A stretch of 64,000 bases of DNA from Zygnema circumcarinatum SAG 698-1b. Taxonomy: Eukaryota > Plantae > Zygnematophyceae. Of the stretch, positions 34,261-47,296 are shown one piece after another. Both the position numbers and the translations under genes were made by a program. Each line of letters opens with the position of its first letter. Within the stretch, counting starts at the first letter, position 1. The stretch covers positions 1,956,880 to 2,020,879 of the forward strand of contig CM074810.1 in assembly GCA_037447605.1 (NCBI GenBank), in the 5' to 3' direction. The notes under the pieces are model-generated. The model had not been told where the DNA came from and ran no database searches. It saw nothing but the letters and a program-made list of their open reading frames with translations.

Positions 34261-36563
34261 ATGGCGGCCCTCTGCTTTCTAAGGGCTGCCTCCTCCAAAA
34301 GCGCCACTCTTCTCCCTCTCCACTCCCTCTCTCTCCACTTCCCACTTTGTCCCACCCTCTCCCTCTCTCCCTCCTCCCCCACTCTCGCATCTCGCTCCTC
34401 GTCTTCCTCTGCCTCTCGAATTAGAGACATTTCTACTCACATCAGACGCTCTGCAACCTCAGTTTTACTTAATTTCCGAAGTAGATTAACGTTTTCTGGG
34501 TCCCTCGTCCCTGCTTTTTCTTCAATGGAAGACAACTTCAATGCAGCCCAAATCTTAGCAAGTTGGGATTCTGTCAGCGATGGACCCCTGGTTTTTAACA
34601 AAAGGAGGAAGAGGGCGCCTCTTTCAACCCTATATTATGAAGGGCGCGAAGATTCTCCGACCCTTTCTTCAAAAACGAGGAAAGTGGGGTTGGTATATGC
34701 GCCTGGCGCGGCGAAGCTGAGGAGAGGGGCGTTCATACTGTTGGAGGGCCTCGATCGGAGCGGCAAAAGCACCCAGTGTGAAAAGCTAGTGAAATTTTTG
34801 AGGGAGAAGCAGATTCAGGCGAACTTGTTGAGGTTCCCCGATCGCCAAACGCCAACAGGGCAGCAGATTTCGGCGTACTTAAAGAATGCGAAGGAGATTG
34901 ATAACGAGGAGGTGCATCGCCTCTTCACGAAAAATCGAGAGGAGAAGAAGTGAGTACATGGGGCGTTAATGAAGATTAAAGTTTTTTTCTTTATATACTT
35001 TTTATTTTTCAGTTTTATTTTTTATGGTGGGTAAATGACGGTGGTGGATCCGGCCTAGGTTCAGGTGTTGGAATGCATCGTAATGTTTATTATACCTGTT
35101 GTGTTTGGCCGCAGAAATGATATCTTGCAGCAGCTCGCGCAGGGCGTGACGCTCGTGGTGGACCGCTACTCGCCCTCCGGAGTCGCCTTCTCTGCGGCCA
35201 AAGGACTCGATGTGGAGTGGTGCAAGGTGAGAGGGGGAAGGGAGGGAGGGAGGGAGGAAGTGAGGGGGAGGGTGGGTGGGAAGGAGGGAGGGAGGCCGGA
35301 AAGGGAGAGGGATGGAAGGGGGAATGGAGAAGGAGAGAGAACGGAGGAGGCGGAAGAGTGATGGAGGGATGGGGGAAAGCGAGAGGGAGAGGGGGTGCAG
35401 ATAGGGAAGGAGAGAGCGAAGGCGAAGAAAAAGGGAGAGAAAGGGAGGGAGGGGAGGGGAGGGGTAGGGGTCGAGAAGAGAGGATGAAGTGGGGAAGAGA
35501 GTGTGGGAAGGTAAAAGGGAGCGAGTTGGGCTGATGTGGAGGGGAGGGAGGGAGAACAGAGGGAGGGGGAGAGACGGGGGAAGGAGGGGAGGGGAGGGGA
35601 GGGAGAACTGGGCGACGGGAGGGCGGGAGGAAGGGGGAAGGGAGGCAAGAGGAAGGGAGGAAGAATGGGAAGGGGAGGGAGGAGTGATTGAAGGAGGAAA
35701 CGAGGGGGGCCGAGGGTGAAGAATAATGGAGAGGATCCCAGGGGAGGCGGTAATGGCGGGACTGAGGAGGTGGGCTGAAAGAGAGGCGGACGGTGGAGAG
35801 AGGCAGACTGAGAGGAAGGTTAGTTGGTGAGGGTAGGCTAAGACATCTTCTCTTTTGAAGTATGGGTTTTGAATTCGACGAGTTCTAATCTTGTTGGGGC
35901 CTCTGCAGGAGCTGGAAATGGAGCTGCCGGCGCCAGATGTCATATTTTACCTTGACATGCCTGTGGAGGTGGGGCCTGATCTGACTGCTCGGCAGCGGGA
36001 GGGGGGGAGAGGGGAGGAGAGTGAGGTAGAAGGGGAGCAAACGTGGGAGGAAGAAGGTGGGGAAGAGACGGGGGAGACGGGGGGAGAGCGGGCGGGGAAT
36101 GAAGAGAGAGAGGGGGAGAGGGAGAGAGAGGGAGAGGGGGAGAGTTGGTATGCGATTTTAATTGTCTTATTGAACTGTTTTTTCTGTTCTTGACAGGTTG
36201 CTGCCACTCGTGGAGGGTATGGAGAGGAGCGGTATGAGAAGGTCGAATTTCAAAAGGCTGTGGCGTTGCAATTTCAGAAACTGAAAGATGAAACGTGGCA
36301 GGTAATGTTCGGTTCAAGAAATGAAGTAGCGCGTGACTGGTTTTTTACTTATATTTTTTGTATTTCCTCTTTTGATGATTAATCTTTTATAAACGGTCCT
36401 TTTCCCTATGCAGACTGTTGATGCCGGCCGGTCTATCGAGGAGGTCCACGAGGAGCTCAAAGAAGCTACAATGGCTATCATTGAGGACTGCGCCTACAGT
36501 GAAATTCATCAAATGTGGTCAAATTCCACTATTGATTTGAATGAATACTGTCCGAGGGACTGA
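34261..36563 (+). CDS. TMPK: Thymidylate kinase (dTMP kinase) with N-terminal targeting extension, 5 exons
   Basis: [19 protein letters not shown]-loop, [43 protein letters not shown]; stop TGA at 36561-36563. Confidence 0.95.
35227..35720. repeat. Polypurine tract in TMPK intron 2
   Basis: G/A-dominated sequence beginning at the GTGAGAGGGGG donor. Confidence 0.85.
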
Positions 36564-36748
36564 GCCGGGATACTCCAATTCTTTTTTGTAAATTCTGATT
36601 CTTTGAAATGATTGAAATAAAGTGCGGAAACGGTGTTTAGGTGATTAGCATTTCCTTTTGCCAAGTTCCATGTGGTGATTTCAAACAGTTTAAGGCGAAA
36701 GGGCTACTGCATATTGACTCTTTCCTAACTTTGATGATGCAACTTTTA

Positions 36749-36813
<65 letters not shown>

Positions 36814-36933
36814 CCCATTATTGTACATTCCTAAAGATTATTGTACATTTTCTGTTACACAGGCCCAGACAATATTTTTTCTGGAAGACTACCAAAAAAT
36901 GGTGACTAATTTACAACCCTCTTTGAAGGCGCG

Positions 36934-39454
36934 TCAAATTGGGCGCTCCTTTGGGGCATCAGCTTGACTGTACGGATGAGCAGCTTGAAAGGCGGGCAGT
37001 CCCTCCAGATTTTCCAGAATTCGAGTGAGAGTCGGGTACTTGGCCTGCAGGCAAACCTCCAAAAGCAAAATGAATGAACTGAAACCTCCATCCTCACAAA
37101 ATTAAGTGGTCGGTGGGGTGGAGAGGGGGAAGGGGGGGGGGGCTGAGATTGGCTAGAGAATTTTCTCAAAAAATGCAATATTAACCTTTCTTTAAAGGTG
37201 ATATCCTAAGGGAGGAGGCTCACCATGTCGACTTTGAAACGCTTTGCGTTGAAAAGTTGGGGCACAAGATAGACATCGGCCTGCATCCCACAACCCCTCT
37301 GTGTTGTTGTTGGTGGCAATTGCCCTAAAACCCTTCACTCCCTTGAACCCTGAAAGGGTTAGCGAAACCCTAATTTTTGAACTCGTAGGAACCCTACAAT
37401 TTCCATACCCGAACTCAAGTGAGTTTCAGTTTGAGCTCACCATGGTAACCTCGTCCCCCAAGCAGTACTTGCCCGCCCGTTCTTTGATTTCCTCCTCCAG
37501 CACTGAACTCACCGTCAAACAAAACCCAATACGATGGTATTCTATGGCTTCTATTTTATGGCTTTGGTTTCTGCTTGACAACGAGAGAGTAACAATTGAC
37601 AATTGAAGCGAGTAAAAAGTGGGCATATTTTTAGTACCAGCGAGGCCCTTGTTGATCCACAATTGAGCCCAAGGCAGGGTCTCCTCCTTTCCCCACTTTT
37701 GCCCAATCACATCCTGCAAGTTTTTTTTGCATAGGAACGAGAAAGAGGCAAAGGGAAGAGAGAAGTGGAGTGAAACGGAGAGGGAGAGGGGGAGAAAAGG
37801 GCGACCGGGAAAGAGAAGGGCGATGTAGCGGATGGAGAAGGCGAGGAATTCGGAGAGAGGGGGGAGGAACGGGGAAGACGAGGAGAGGGTTAAAGACAGA
37901 GAGTGTTGGGAGATAATGGAATCTGGATACTTTACGTAGTAGAATAGCTTTTGGCAAAGAGAAGAAAGGAGGAGAAATGGGGGGCGTTGAAAAGCGTTGA
38001 CAACAGAGAAGGTGTTGAGTGAATGTAGCAAAACCGAAACAAAGGGAAAATGATGATGCCCGGAAGTATGTCTACAATGCGATGAATGGATTTTTTTCCT
38101 CTCTCACCAAAACCCCGGAGTTTTGCAGAGGCTGAATTCCGGCATTGATGCGCTGCACCACCTGCCCAAAGTGACGAGAAAACTTCATATCGAAAGAGAA
38201 ATAGAACTGTAGTAGTCGTAACAGCAGCTTCTCGTTCATACTTGGAAAAGGAGCACGTCAAACAGACGAGGACAAAGAGACAAACTAACAACAAACAGAG
38301 CGAACGAAAAGGAAGGACTAAACCAAGGAAAAGCGGAACCTGAGCAGAATTGAGAGTGCCTTTCCAACTACAGTACTGTACACCTGAATGTTCAAACGTA
38401 TGTCTGAGTTTTTAATCACTTCTTTTTTTCACATACTTCAGATGCCTTGAAACCTCAAACGCAAAAAAAGCCAAAGAAGGGCAACAAAGCTGATGGGATT
38501 TAAGTAAAGTCGAATTTACTTTTCGAACGAATGCGCGATCGAGGGGAGAGGAAGGGAGCAGGGCTGGCTGGGGATGGGTCTCCTCCAGATACTGCCATAG
38601 GGAAAGAGTGAAAACGTGTGCGAGAGTGTATGTGTGAGGACGAGAGAGAGAGAACGTTTGTGTGCGAGAGAGAAGGCAGAGAGTGGGGTACAGAGAGAAG
38701 GAGAGGGAAGAGGTGGGGGAAGGGACGGAGGACGAGAGAAAAATGGGCAGGAGAGGGAGAAACACACATGAACGAAAATCAAAACGAGTTCGAGCAATTT
38801 CTCCTTTTGCAAGTAATTCTTGACAGGAAGAATCGTTTTCCTTCAAAATGGGATGTCTGCATACCTCAATGATGGCGACAGATTCCGAAAGAACATTTCC
38901 ATCAGTGAGCATTACAGGGATTTGACCCCTCGGATTCATCTTCTGAAGCTCTATAACGCCATTGAAAGTAAAGGGGCGGGAAAGGGCGAGAAGAATGAAA
39001 TTAGTGCATGTTCTTGGCTCTGTATACGAGAAAAGGCATCGCGTCACTATTTGGCTCCAGGAGTGACTTTTCTACAGCTTGAGATCAACAATCTCGATGT
39101 GGATTGGATCCGCTGGTTGTTAAAAAAGTCATCTTGCCCCTCTCAGAAAAATAAAGTCATTACCTTCGTGAGACCATCCGTGCTCATCACCCTCTTTTCT
39201 TGGCGACAGGTACTCATATTTGATGCCTGCAGAAAGAAAGGAAGAGCAACGACAGGGAAGGAACCTCAGAAAATGAAACCCTAAAGGATAGCATTGGTTC
39301 TCCACTGCATTATCTTTGCAGTTTCTTTTGCCGCATGATTGCTTTCAGTCGTGTTCAAGAGCGTACCCTTTAAACTAAGCGCAATGCGAACTCGAAAAGA
39401 ACTCGAGCTCATGTATGTATTGTAAAGTACCACATTTTCTCGGCCCTCCTGCAT
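36934..39454 (-). CDS. GSTZ: Glutathione S-transferase zeta / maleylacetoacetate isomerase, 9 exons
   Basis: [103 protein letters not shown]. Confidence 0.93.
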
Positions 39455-39953
39455 CTTTGAATATCCAAAATTGAGAAACGGCCTTCGAGATTAAAAGTAT
39501 GTGGCAAGATATCGAACGAGATATCCACTGAAATTCAATGAAATCTCGAACTGTGAACTTGAAAATGAACCAGAGTAGAAGCAGAACAACAATCCCAGAA
39601 TCTCAAACTTCCGCCGATTGAGCCCTTAACGCCTTCAGAGGTTCCTTTTGGGAACTCTAAAGGACGAAAGTGTGAAACGAAAGCTGGTTTACAACTGGAG
39701 TTGTTGTAAACGCTTGCGCGTATTGAAAATGTGAACCCAGCAAGAAGCAGTTGAGGATGACACAAAAGTGAGCGAGAGTGCTCGCAGAATAACCCTAAAA
39801 GTGCTCGAAACCCTAATGTATGATAAAACGCAACCAGATATTGCTCCAACTCCACCTTAAAAAGCCTAGTCCTACAATTGAATTCAGGTGATTCTGAGCG
39901 ATTTCTCTTTCTTCAAGCTTGCCTTCGTGAAGGCCGTGACACGACAAGCAGCC

Positions 39954-42900
39954 ATGGCTGAGGTTCTCTGGCGATCTGCCACGTGTCCCTCCCTTTCCTC
40001 CTCCTCGTCTGGCTGGTGGCTCCAAGGGCGGGCTCTGCGGAGGTCCAAATTTGGTCTCGTTCTCTCATCCACATGGAAGAGCCGTCGCCATGGCTGTCAG
40101 GTAAGAGAAAAGGCTACTTGTGATTCTGCAGGGCATCAGATTTTGCAGGATTGTGAAGATTCTGTTAATATTGATGACGCTCGTGTGTTCGTATACTCCC
40201 TATTCTTTTCAGACAGTATTTGTGCTCTGATGCAGAAATCAAAAGAAAGGTTTAGTCTGCATCACTGAACTGTAAACTGTAGAAGATAGCAGACATTCTC
40301 AACTACGGAGTGTAGCGGCGGCTCTAACGACTGCGTTTAATTCTGCTCTAGATTACACCCATCAGCAGCATTCCTCAATCATTCAAGATTAGTCATTTAT
40401 CCCCAGTCAATTCCTTTCTTAGAGGTGGGAATCTTCGGAGAGGCTGCTCAGGGCTGCCTCTCCAGAGAGCTCGGAAGCCTGCATGGGCCCGTAATCGATC
40501 TCATTGGTAACTTTGCCTCACTTGAATTCCCTGCATCTCTCTCACATTCCACGCCCTCTCTCGCCTCTCTCTATTTCAGAATAGTGGTGATTTTGACGAA
40601 AGCAAGAAAAGTATTGATGTTCTGAAAGAGATTCGAAAGCGAGATTGGCTTCTTGCAAACCCTAAATCCTTGCTTCATCGCGTTCTCCTTCCTGCTGAGC
40701 CTAATGAAGCATGTGAGTGATGTAGCCTACTATCTTGTTTCAAATACGTCCAGATTGTTATTCACGTTTTTTTCTGAATCCCCCATGATGTTGTTTTAGA
40801 CTCCCTTTATCATACGGAGCATCACACAAAGCGATTTGAAAAAACCTAAAGAATCAAGTTTTGGTTGAACTTTGATTAGTTCTGGTGAAACTTATTGCTT
40901 CATCAATTGCGAAATGTGTACATTATGCGTACTAGACTACTTCGCGTTTGTTTAGAACCAAACCATTTGGGAAAACCAAGATTGAAACATAAGCGTTTCA
41001 AAGCCGTTACGGAACATGCATATGAAGATCAAGCAATCCCACTCTAACTATAAACCACTCCCTTCCTTTCTCCGTCCTTTCCTTGGCCTAGATGCATTGT
41101 CAGAAGTCCACGATACCCAGTCAGAAAATATGGCCTCTTTGAAGGTCATACGTGACGACCTGCTGCATCCTCTTATGGGCGGCAATAAGCTTCGGAAGCT
41201 TGATGCGCTCGTGCCCCTCCTTGAAGCAAACAACGTCACAGATGTTGTAAGTTTAACCAATTAATCCCAAATCACCTCATTTTTTTACCCTCCAGTTTGA
41301 AATGGAGGACGTTTAGGACGCCATAGTGCTTGTAGTGTTTGAAAGGTGGCATGGCTTCTCGTATTTTAAGGGTGTGTCGGGTTTTTAGGGTATCTAGAAC
41401 GATGTGTTCAGTTTTGAATCTTGATGGGGCCCACAGGTGACATGTGGGGGCTGTCAAAGTGCACACACAACTGCAGTCGGTGAATTCCTTCAACTCTCCC
41501 TTTTACTGTCTCTTTCCCCTCACTCTTGTTCTCCCATGGTGCCCCACGTGTCTCTCACGCATCTTCTCCGCCCCATCGGTTCCCTGTCTCTCTCTATCGA
41601 TCTCCCCTCGATTCTCCTCTCTCTTTCCCTCCCCCTTCCCCTCCCCCTCCTCTCTCACTCTCACTCTCCCCCTCTCTCCCTTCTCCCACTCTCCCTCTCC
41701 CTCCCTCTCACTCTCCCCCTCTCTCCCTTCTCCCACTCTCCCTCTCCCTCCCTCACACACTCCCCCTCTCTCCCTCTCCCTCCCTCTCATTCTCCCCCTC
41801 TCTCCCTTCTCCCACTCTCCCTCTCCCTCCCTCTTGACCTCATCCTGACATCACCAGCGGCGTTTGTCCTGCAGCCGTGGCCTGTGCAGAGAGAGGAATG
41901 CGTGCCCATTTGCTGCTTCGAGGGGAGCCGCCAGCTGTCGCCACGGGATACGCCCTCCTCTCGAGCATGTTCGGCCATGTCACATACATCCCTCGCCATC
42001 TCTATGCAGAGCGTGACCACATGCTCGGAAAGTATGCGGCAGAGGTTTGCAAAGGGGACGAAGGAGAGGTGGTTTGGGCGGACTCCTTACAAGAACATTC
42101 AAGGGGAGGGGAGCCCAACTCAGAATACGAAGGAGAGCTTGGAAATAGGGAAGGCAATAGAGATTCGGCAATAGCGGAGGGTTTTCGTGAGGATGCAGGG
42201 GGTGGAAGGGGTATGCCGGATACTCGCATTCATGACAGAGAATTAGAGCAAACAGAGTGCGAAGATGAGGTGCATAGTGTCGTAGGTCGAGAAGATGGAA
42301 CGGGTAAAGAGAGTTCAAGGAGGAGGAGAAAAAAAGTCGCTATCATCCGAGAAGGCGCGGGCGATGTTGCAGCACTCTGGGGTGAGTACTTGCTCTACAA
42401 CTGCACTATGCAAATTTCTGACTCCCCGAAATCGCACAGTACGGCTCAGATATCATTTTGCTCGAGCAGTGGAAACCAGCTCCTTGCACTTCGATCTTTT
42501 TGTGGTTTTACAAATATAGATGCTGTTCCGTTTTTGTGAAAAATTACGTGAGAGGTTGAATGCAGGCTTTGTGCGGCAGGTGTATGAGTTGGCCTCTCCC
42601 TCCGGAGTGAGCCCAAGGGAGGAGTGCAGCGTAGTGGTAGACTCAGGGACAGGAACAAGCGCCATAGGAATAGCCCTTGGAATCTCCCTTCTCGGGTGGG
42701 CTTTCTCCCCACATTTGTCCTTGTACCTCCTCTCTCTCTCTCACACCTCTCCCACCCTCTCTACTCTCCTTTCTTCTCATCACCTCCGTCTCTCCCCACT
42801 CTTCGCCTCCTCCTCACCTCCACCTCCTTTCCCTACCACTTTTCTTCTCCCTCCCTCTTCCATACCCCGTACTTCCCTCAGCCTTCCGGGGCTGTTGGGT

Positions 42901-43557
42901 TCACTTGTATGCATGTAACTAAGTGCAGTATTATATATATGCAGGCTTCCTTGGCGAGTGGTGGGAGTGATGTTGGCAGGGAGAGAGGAGGAGTACAGAG
43001 AGAAGCAGCAGAAGCTGGAGGAAGCCTTTTGGAGGCAACAGGATTGGGGCACAAGGCAGTCAGATAGTCGACCCTCTTTGCCGATTCAGTGGGTGGAGAG
43101 ACAGCGACCGCGAAAGTAAGATCCTAACTAAACTGTGGCTGAAGCCTTATCTTAGAGACATTGGCTAACTGCTTTCCTGTATTCTGTTGCATCAGGCTGT
43201 TGTTCTGGGGATCGAATGAAGGGATTGAGAATTTTCATTTCCGCGCTCTTTTGTTGTTTTTACTGAAGAAACTATTGCAAAAAACTGGTACGCAGGTTCG
43301 GGAAGATATGGCCTGGAGAAATTGATAGCTGCAGACTAGTCGCTCAGCAGACAGGCATCCTTTTGGACCCCATCTACACTCTCGCTGGCTGGGAGACGGC
43401 GGTTCGCCTCGCACACATTGCATATAAAGAGCGAGAGGATGGGAGAGAGGGGAGAGAGGTAAAGGTTCATAATGTTGTGATGCTTCATACCGGAGGCACA
43501 CTTGGCCTATTCGGACTCGCCCAGAGATATCCGGAACAATTTTGTACGACCACATGA
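39954..43557 (+). CDS. DCD2: D-cysteine desulfhydrase 2-like (PLP-dependent, ACC deaminase/DCD family), probably organelle-targeted
   Basis: [20 protein letters not shown] (PLP lysine), [61 protein letters not shown]. Exon 1 (39954-40100) splices in phase to 40580. Confidence 0.92.
41600..41835. repeat. Pyrimidine tract with ~3 internal repeats in a DCD intron
   Basis: CTCTCCCTTCTCCCACTCTCCCTCTCCCTCCCTC recurs at ~41674, ~41720 and ~41800. Confidence 0.75.
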
Positions 43558-43946
43558 GGATTTATTGAGCTGCTTAATGGAACATCAATAAGGGCTTGGG
43601 ACATTTAGGGTTTGCTTATTTGAGAGGCTCTATGTGCCTGCTTAGGACCTGGTTGTTTTGATCTTGTGCTAAGTTGTCGTTTTTTATACCTCACCTCTCC
43701 ATCTGCACCATCAACCGCAATATGTACACTTATCCAAAGCACACCGTACATTATTTCTGATCCGTTGTTTTAAATGAACAACAATATGAGATCCCTTAAA
43801 CATGGACCCAATAAATTCCGAACTACCTTCCCAAAAGTCCAACTTTTCTATTCACAATGAGCTGAAAACGAAGCGCTTACACCCACAATCCAACAAAAGC
43901 AATCATACAAACTGAAGTGGAACACACATACCTTCCACTCTCCAAC

Positions 43947-46900
43947 TCAGCCTACAAGCTCCTTCACTTCTTCCTTCCCCTCCCCCTCCCTTCCTGCCAC
44001 ACTCCCTCCCCACTGTGACGACTTGAGCCATCCGTTATCGACAGTCTGCCTGAAGCTCCAACAGTCGCTGTTCCATGGAGTTTCAGTTTTGAGGGTGTAG
44101 AAGAACCAACCGGCGGAGGCCGTCCCCCACACCTCCACTTGAGCCTCTGCGAACTTCTCGTAATCTGCTCCTTCAGCAGGAGGCTGGGCAGCTCCCAGCT
44201 CCAAACTCCACTCGCCTGCACCAGCGTCTGCTCAATTAGTCGCAATTCTCACCTTTCGAAGCGTCACGATGCCTAATCTTTGAGGGTTTCCGACTGCTCG
44301 TTTGGGATTTTACAATCCTTCGGGGTCGTAGGGATTTTAGGTTTCATAGCAGAATGGAAACTGAGTGTGGAAGTAGTGCCATTACCAACGAGGGTTGGAA
44401 TTGAGTATTTGCGGTTGAGGGAGTCCACGATAGGTCGGAACCTTCTGAATATCCCGTCGATGTAATAGCTCGCAGGCTTCACAGCAGCAAGCACCCCATC
44501 AGAAGCCACCCTCAGTCAGGATAAAAACAGGACAACAGCCTTCTCCCTCTGCTATCTCCTCTGCCTTCCTCCCATCTCTCAATGCTGAAACGACCTTCAG
44601 AACCCTAAAACCCCCCTCTCAAACCCCTCCTTTCTCATCCCCAGCCATTCCAGAATCTGAACCCTAACCCCCCCACTGCGCACCTTGTTTCTTCCTGTGT
44701 AGGACGAATACCAGTGCCCGATATCCACAATGGTATTTTTCCAGCGCGTGGGGTCCTCAAAAAAGTCCGCAAAGTCTCCCGAGTCGCCGTCTATGTACGT
44801 GGCGACCACGATCAGCGCGTCCTCCGTGAAGCTCCGTACGATTTGGTAGCTCCGCTCGTAGTACTCGCGGAGGACCGCCTTCGAGATGTACCGCCGCGGC
44901 TCGTTCATAAGCTCAAAGCCGAGCAGGGCGGGATGCGCGTGATACCTGCAGGCAAGGGCGCAGGGCTCAGGGTTCAGGGTTGTGAGAATTTAGGCTTCTT
45001 NNNNNNNNNNAGGAGGGAGGGGGGAGGGGTGAGGGAGGAGGGAGGGAGAGGCCACCGACCTCCTTACAAGCCACTCCACCACCCGCAGCGTCTTCTCTAC
45101 GTTTTCCGGCTGCTCCCACTCTGCTGCCCCGTCCCGGCTGCCTCCGAGGTCCCACCCGTTGCAGGAGCCCGGCACAGCGTGCAGGTCCACCAGCACCCCC
45201 AACCCGTACTTCCTGCGCCGACACTCAACCATTGCACCCTCCCCGAACCCATAAGCCCTAAAAACTGCAACACCTTCACTGATGCAGTTTTTCCTTCATT
45301 ACCCAAAAGACTCAAAACCATATATAAACTGCATGAATCCCATAACCCAAACCCATGCTCCCATAGAACTCCCGAGTCCCGACTCCTACCAACCCCCGCT
45401 TGCAGCTTCACCCTTAGCTACACGGTTAGTCAACTCGCTTACTGGGCCCAGTCAAATGCGCGGTCCAGGTGGCGCGCCCCTCCGCCGACGTACGGCCAGG
45501 GGGGCTCCACTTCGCACGCAATCCACCATCCAATGGGAACGCGCAGCGCGTTCAGGCCGCTGCGGGCAGCGCTCTCTATGTCGGCCTCCGTTATGTACGA
45601 CTGCCAGTGCTTCTGCTTCGACCGAGAAGGAAAGGACGGGGGCTAAGGATGTTAGCGATGGGTTCAATACAGGGGGGGGGGGGGGGNNNNNNNNNNTGAG
45701 GGGGGGGGGTGAGGGGGGGATCAAGCGGAATGAAAGGGCAGCGAGTTTGTGTTGGTAATTGTGTGTGTGTGACTAGGGTGCAGGTGGGAGGGGGGGGGGG
45801 GTGGGGGGAGATTGGCTTTTGGGTTACCTCCATGACTTCCGCAGCCCTAGGTCCGAGCGCGTTACAAAGCGCAAAGTCCCCCTGCATGACGGGCTCCGCC
45901 ACCATGCGGAACACTCCCGGGCCGTCCTCCCATGTCTCCTCCGCCCTCGTCACGGCCACAACCGGCTCGCCGCGCACTGCCGCCTGCAATGCTTTTTCAT
46001 ATTTGAAAAAATTACAAACTAGAAGAGAAGCTCTCCTCCTCGGCCCTAACAATTCCAAGCCTGTAACTCTGAATAAGGATTGAAGCGAAAGCAGTCCTCT
46101 CCAACTCAGCATCCATCCATCCATCCATCCACCCATTCATCGTCCCCTCCATCCTCTCCACGGCTTTGCTGCCGTTTGAGATCGGCGGCCATGCAGGCGC
46201 ATGCAGCCCCCCCCCCCCCCCCCCCCCCCCCCNNNNNNNNNNCCCCCCCCCCCCCCCCCCCCCCCGGTTTGGCGCACACCTCGACGAGGAAGCCGCTGGA
46301 AGCCACGACTCGCACGCGCGTCGCGTCGTACGGACAGCGCGCGACCGCGAACTCCGCCGCGTCCTCCGGCGCGCTCTCCCGCGCGTGCAGGCGCCCGCTC
46401 CACCCCCCGCTCAGCGCCACGAAGTGCCCGTCGCTCGCGCGCAGCTTCACCCGCCCGCTCGGCATGCGCCAAATCTGGCACCGCGGGAACGGGATTAGGG
46501 CACGGGACAGGACAGGGCAGCAGAGATCAGGTGTGTTTTTTTTAAACCTTATGGGCAGTTTGTACATGGGAATTTGGTTCCTTTTTGGTTTAGGTTGATG
46601 GGGAGAGGGAAGAGGCCGCACCACGAACGTCTCCCACCATCCGTTCAGATCTCCGCTCGCGACGATGTCCGCGCCGCCGCCGCCATCTGCCTGCAGCCAT
46701 GCGCCGTGCTCGGTCGACTGAAGCTGCACACGGGCTCCGTCCTGTATGGAAAACTCGCATCAGATTAGTTTCCATAGACATGAATCCTTCAATCTCAATC
46801 TAAATTAGGCCCTCCTCCATCCCCCACCCCCCCCTCCCTCCCTCTTCGGTGAATTCGTATTTTGTGAAACAAAAAAAAATGAAAATTTAGAAAAATCCTT

Positions 46901-47104
46901 GCAGTTAGAAATAATATATATCAATAACAAAAGGGGAAAAAAGGGATTACCAGCAGCTGCTGCTCCTCGAGCTGGTCCCACAGGGAGGGGCAGGTCCACT
47001 TCTCAGTGAGCAGCCACCCCCCCAAGCTCGCCCCTCTGATAGGGAGCCGACTTTTCGGAGACGCCGCTTTTAAGGAGCGGGAAGTGCCTGAACCGGAAGC
47101 GAGG
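43947..47104 (-). CDS. Glycoside hydrolase family 5 glucan 1,3-beta-glucosidase with fascin-like beta-trefoil insertion; first exon unresolved (~47690-47800)
   Basis: RGASLGGWLLTEKW; fascin-like DGARVQLQS...GWWETFV; HWQSYITEAD, GLNALRVPIGWW, VDLHAVPGSCNG; FELMNEP (acid/base residue); VGEWS (nucleophile); GWFFYTLK...WSF. Four 10-N gaps lie in its introns or 5' region. Confidence 0.9.
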
Positions 47105-47296
47105 CTGAAGGATTCATAAGTGAAAAAAACAATATTGTTTAGGACGAGCGGCAACATCCAGAATATTGAAAATGGGATTCTAGCGCTGAATACAATTAAC
47201 TTCGAAGCCCAATCAATTCGAAAGAAAGAGGGAGGGAATGGAGAGAGGGAGGGGAGGGGAGGAGAAGAGAAAGGAGAGAGGGGGAGNNNNNNNNNN
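45001..47296. other. Four 10-nt assembly gaps (45001-45010, 45687-45696, 46233-46242, 47287-47296)
   Basis: Runs of n, each next to a poly-G/C or polypurine tract. Confidence 0.99.

Noticed and set aside
43947-47104. Horizontal transfer of the GC-rich GH5 gene
   Set aside because: It is intron-rich, the GH5-plus-fascin architecture is a known plant type, and equally GC-rich exons occur in native genes such as HDAC.
36934-47104. GSTZ-DCD-GH5 as a metabolic gene cluster
   Set aside because: No shared pathway is evident, and the neighbours are unrelated housekeeping genes.
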